Assembly (NCBI GenBank): GCA_009103225.1
Contig: RHPI01000385.1
Span: 19,962-83,961, forward strand
Direction: 5' to 3'
DNA: 64,000 nt
Source: Chlorokybus atmophyticus
Lineage: Eukaryota > Plantae > Mesostigma and Chlorokybus algae
Positions 61,001 through 64,000 of the stretch are shown here, one piece after another. The notes below the pieces were generated by a model. It did no database searches. It was not told the DNA's origin and was given only the letters and a program-made list of their open reading frames with translations. Position 1 is the stretch's first letter. The number at the start of each line of letters is the position of its first letter. The translations under genes were made by a program, and so were the position numbers.

Positions 61001-64000
61001 TGTGAGGATGGCCCACACCGCCGCCGCCGCTGCCGGGGCAGCTGCCAGAGCAAAAGATGCTCTGGCTATGGCGGCCGCTGCGTTAACAGCACCGCCAGGC
61101 GGCTGATATCGATATGAGACTCATGTCTCACATCGATATCAGTGCGATAAGTTAACACTACATTAAGGCCATAAAGGCCCTGATACGGCTCAATTGGCTG
61201 TTTATTACCCCTTGGGACCCTTTTTTGTTTTAAGTAAATAAGGACGGGGAACCGCATAGCGGTAGCACCCCGTTACATTCCCCCCCACTTAGGTTTTAAT
61301 GTCCTCAATTAAGGGCTAGCAAGGCCCCACCGTGAGCATTAAAAACCTGAGTAGAATGAGAACAAGGGCCGAAGCGGTAAAGATGTCTGCCAGCACCCTT
61401 TGATCGTCCGCGTACGGACACATCACTCCAGTACGCCCGAAGAATCTCTTGGCAGTTTGCAAGATTTCTTTCGGGTTCCCACGTGTTGTGTTTAACACCA
61501 TACCCTTTCCATTTCACTAAGTAAGTTGGCGCGCGTCTGCGTCGGGGCTTATGGTGACTCAGGATTGCTTCCACCTCGTACTCGAAAGTATTATCGCCAT
61601 CCACTGCGACAAGGTGTGGAGGAGGTTGAACCCGACCATCTACACGGTACGGCTTCAGTACACTCACATGAAACACGTTATGTATACGTATGGATTATGG
61701 TAACTCCAAACGATGCGCGTGAGTGCAGACCTGATCAACCACTTTCAAGGGGCTTATCCAGCGAGGGAAAAACGTTTGGGCACCCACTCCCTTGATGGGT
61801 ATGTCTTAAGTGCTTAAAGGCACCGACTTGCCCACATCATAGTCGGCCTGCCTACGATGCTTATTAACTTGGGCTTTTTGTCTATCTGCGCGCAAACAGC
61901 TCTGTGTCAACGCTAACCTGCCTTGCATGGCCGCAGCCATCTCGTGCGCTGCAGGCACGCGAGTCAAGTCGTTAGCCGGCAACTTAATACTCGCAGGACT
62001 TTGTGGATGCACTCCGTAACTTAAGAAAAAGGGAGTTTCCTGCACACTCTTGCCATGCATTGTTAATCGCGAACGCAGCCATTGGAAGATAAATATTCCA
62101 ATCGAACTACTTCAGACTCACATAATGCCGGGTGGTTTCCTTAATCACTTGATTGGCGCGTTCAGTCTGACCATCAGTTTGCGCATGATAAGCAGTACTC
62201 AAGTGCTGCTGTATCTGCAGGAAGTTGCATAGCGACTTTTAAATCTGAGCCACAAATCTCGGGTCACGGTCAGAGACAATGTTGCGAGGCAACCCATGCA
62301 ACTTGAACACTGACCCGATAAAAAACCATCGCTAGATCACAGGAGCCCATCTCCGTACGGCAAGGAACAATGTGAACCATTTTGGTCAACGAACCACAAA
62401 TACTGCAACCGCGGTATAACCCAACGCTGTCTCAGGGAGCTCAGTGATAAGGTCCATACTCACACTTTCCCCGTTATTGTCAGGAACTGGTAACGGCCGC
62501 AGTAGCCCAGCGGGCTTTTGACGTAACGGTTTGTCGTGTTGACATTTATCACACGTGTCCACATACCGCTTTACATCAGCAGGCAACAATGGCCACTAAT
62601 ACAACTGTTGCGCTGCCTTCGTGGTCTTGTGACTACCAAAGTGCCTAGCGTACGGTGGATCGTGTATATCTGCTATGCATTTTACACGCAGTTCAGCTTG
62701 GTCAGGTATCACCAAACTATTGCTCAAATAATACAGATTGTCACGTTTGTAAAACTTACGAAAGTTGTCTGCAATAGAAAACCACGAGTCCAAAATGTAC
62801 CCTTGTACAATAGCTTGCACCAACTCATCATCAGAAGACAATATGCCGCGTGTCGCGAGTAATTGCGCGCGCATCACCGCCAGTAATAACGGGCAGCAAC
62901 TTAAAGGGTCAGCCAAATTGGTTTTGCCCGGCCGATACACCCAATCAAAGGTGAACCTTGACAAAAACTCATTCCAGCGCGCTTTCCGTCTCGATAAGTT
63001 TTGCTGTGTTGAGAAATACCCTAGCGGGTTGTGATCAGTCACAACAGTGAACTGAATAACCTCTAAGTAACATCACCATGTCTGAAGAGCATGAACTATA
63101 CCCGATAGTTCTTGCTCTGTCGTAGTGTAGTTCACCTCTGCAGGAATGAACTTCCTACTCTCATAAGCACAAGGTCTGCCATCTTGCAACAGTACCGCAC
63201 TACACCTAAGTGTTGATGCGTCACTGACCACAGTGCAGTGTTTGTCCCAATTTCACAGTGCTAACACCGGCGCTGATATTAAAGCCAACTTCACCTTTTG
63301 CATAACAGCTTCTTGTTCTGTCGTCCAAGTGAACGGGGCATCTTTACGCAACAGTTTGGTCAAAGGCATGACAGCTATCTATTTTTTTCCCAACGATGAA
63401 CTTGCGAAAGTAGTTTGCCAACCCTAAAAACGACCTTAGTTGATGGAAATTCTGAGGTTGGGGCCACTCTTTTACAACATGCACTTTGCGAGGGTCAGGC
63501 TTGATACCCGCACCACTCACAATGTGACAAAGGAAGGGCAACTCCGTTCTACAACAAACGATGCTTGCCTCATCTTGCAAACACCGCTTCCAAGTGTTGC
63601 CTATGTGCTTCCTTTGTTTTACTGAAGACAATGATGTCATCCAGGTATATCATAACATGTTTACCAAGCATATCATTAAATGTTTTCTTCATTTCCTTCT
63701 GAAACACAGTGGGTGCATTAGTCAATCAAAAAGGTAACACTATGTATTGATAATGGCCCGTAGGTGTTTTGAACGCTGTCTTATAGACATCCGAAGGATG
63801 AATCCGGATTTGATGATAGCCACTTGTCAAGTGCAGCGTACTAAAGTACGCATTCCTTGACAACTCGTCAAATACATCATCAATCCTTGGCAATGGGTAT
63901 CTGTTCTTTACCGTGATTTTATTTAGAGCACGGTAATCCACACACATGCGCAACTTCCCATTCTTCTTCATAACAAAATGGGTGCGCCGAAGGGTGAAGA
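61001..64000 (-). mobile_element. Degenerate chromovirus (Ty3/gypsy): RT, RNase H, integrase, chromodomain, PPT and 3' LTR (continues past the window end)
   Basis: RT LRMCVDYRALNKITVKNRYPLPRID; TDHNPL; integrase HHCC ([10 protein letters not shown]...CDKC); chromodomain YEVEAIL...YLVKWKGYG...NTWEPERNL. A G-rich PPT at 61278-61290 is followed by TGTAACG at 61277. Stops and frameshifts occur throughout. The left LTR end is approximate. Confidence 0.92.

Overview
Eukaryotic, intron-rich, GC-rich draft assembly from a green alga (Viridiplantae). Evidence: plastid transit peptides, plant-type orthologues, TGTAA poly(A) signals and TTTAGGG telo-boxes. It has four N gaps and no prokaryotic operons, CRISPR arrays, rRNA or tRNA. 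Most entries in the ORF track are exon fragments or antisense noise, so I rebuilt the genes by hand from splice signals. Order: a ~5.5-kb tandem duplication of a TAP-like ABCB half-transporter/CAF1 head-to-head pair, joined at a 10-bp microhomology; CAF1; TPR+DnaJ; an AT-rich island; KASI; a long Sfi1-repeat/kelch/coiled-coil gene; plastid MFL1 and mitochondrial mitoferrin tail-to-tail; a YbaK/ProX tRNA-editing protein; a C2-domain gene resembling the sperm CatSper-tau subunit (C2CD6/ALS2CR11), preceded 298 bp upstream on the same strand by a small C2-like ORF with a Cys/His insertion; FatA; a non-LTR retroelement remnant; a Di19-type zinc finger + RING gene; plastid Pth; a bacterial-like SAM methyltransferase; a GNAT gene with probable GC-AG introns; and two decayed chromoviruses tail-to-tail. 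The best novelty candidate is the 40.8-44.2 kb locus: a CatSper-tau-like protein in an alga, possibly co-transcribed with or fused to a Zn-insert C2 ORF. Family assignments come from recalled motifs, not from database searches.
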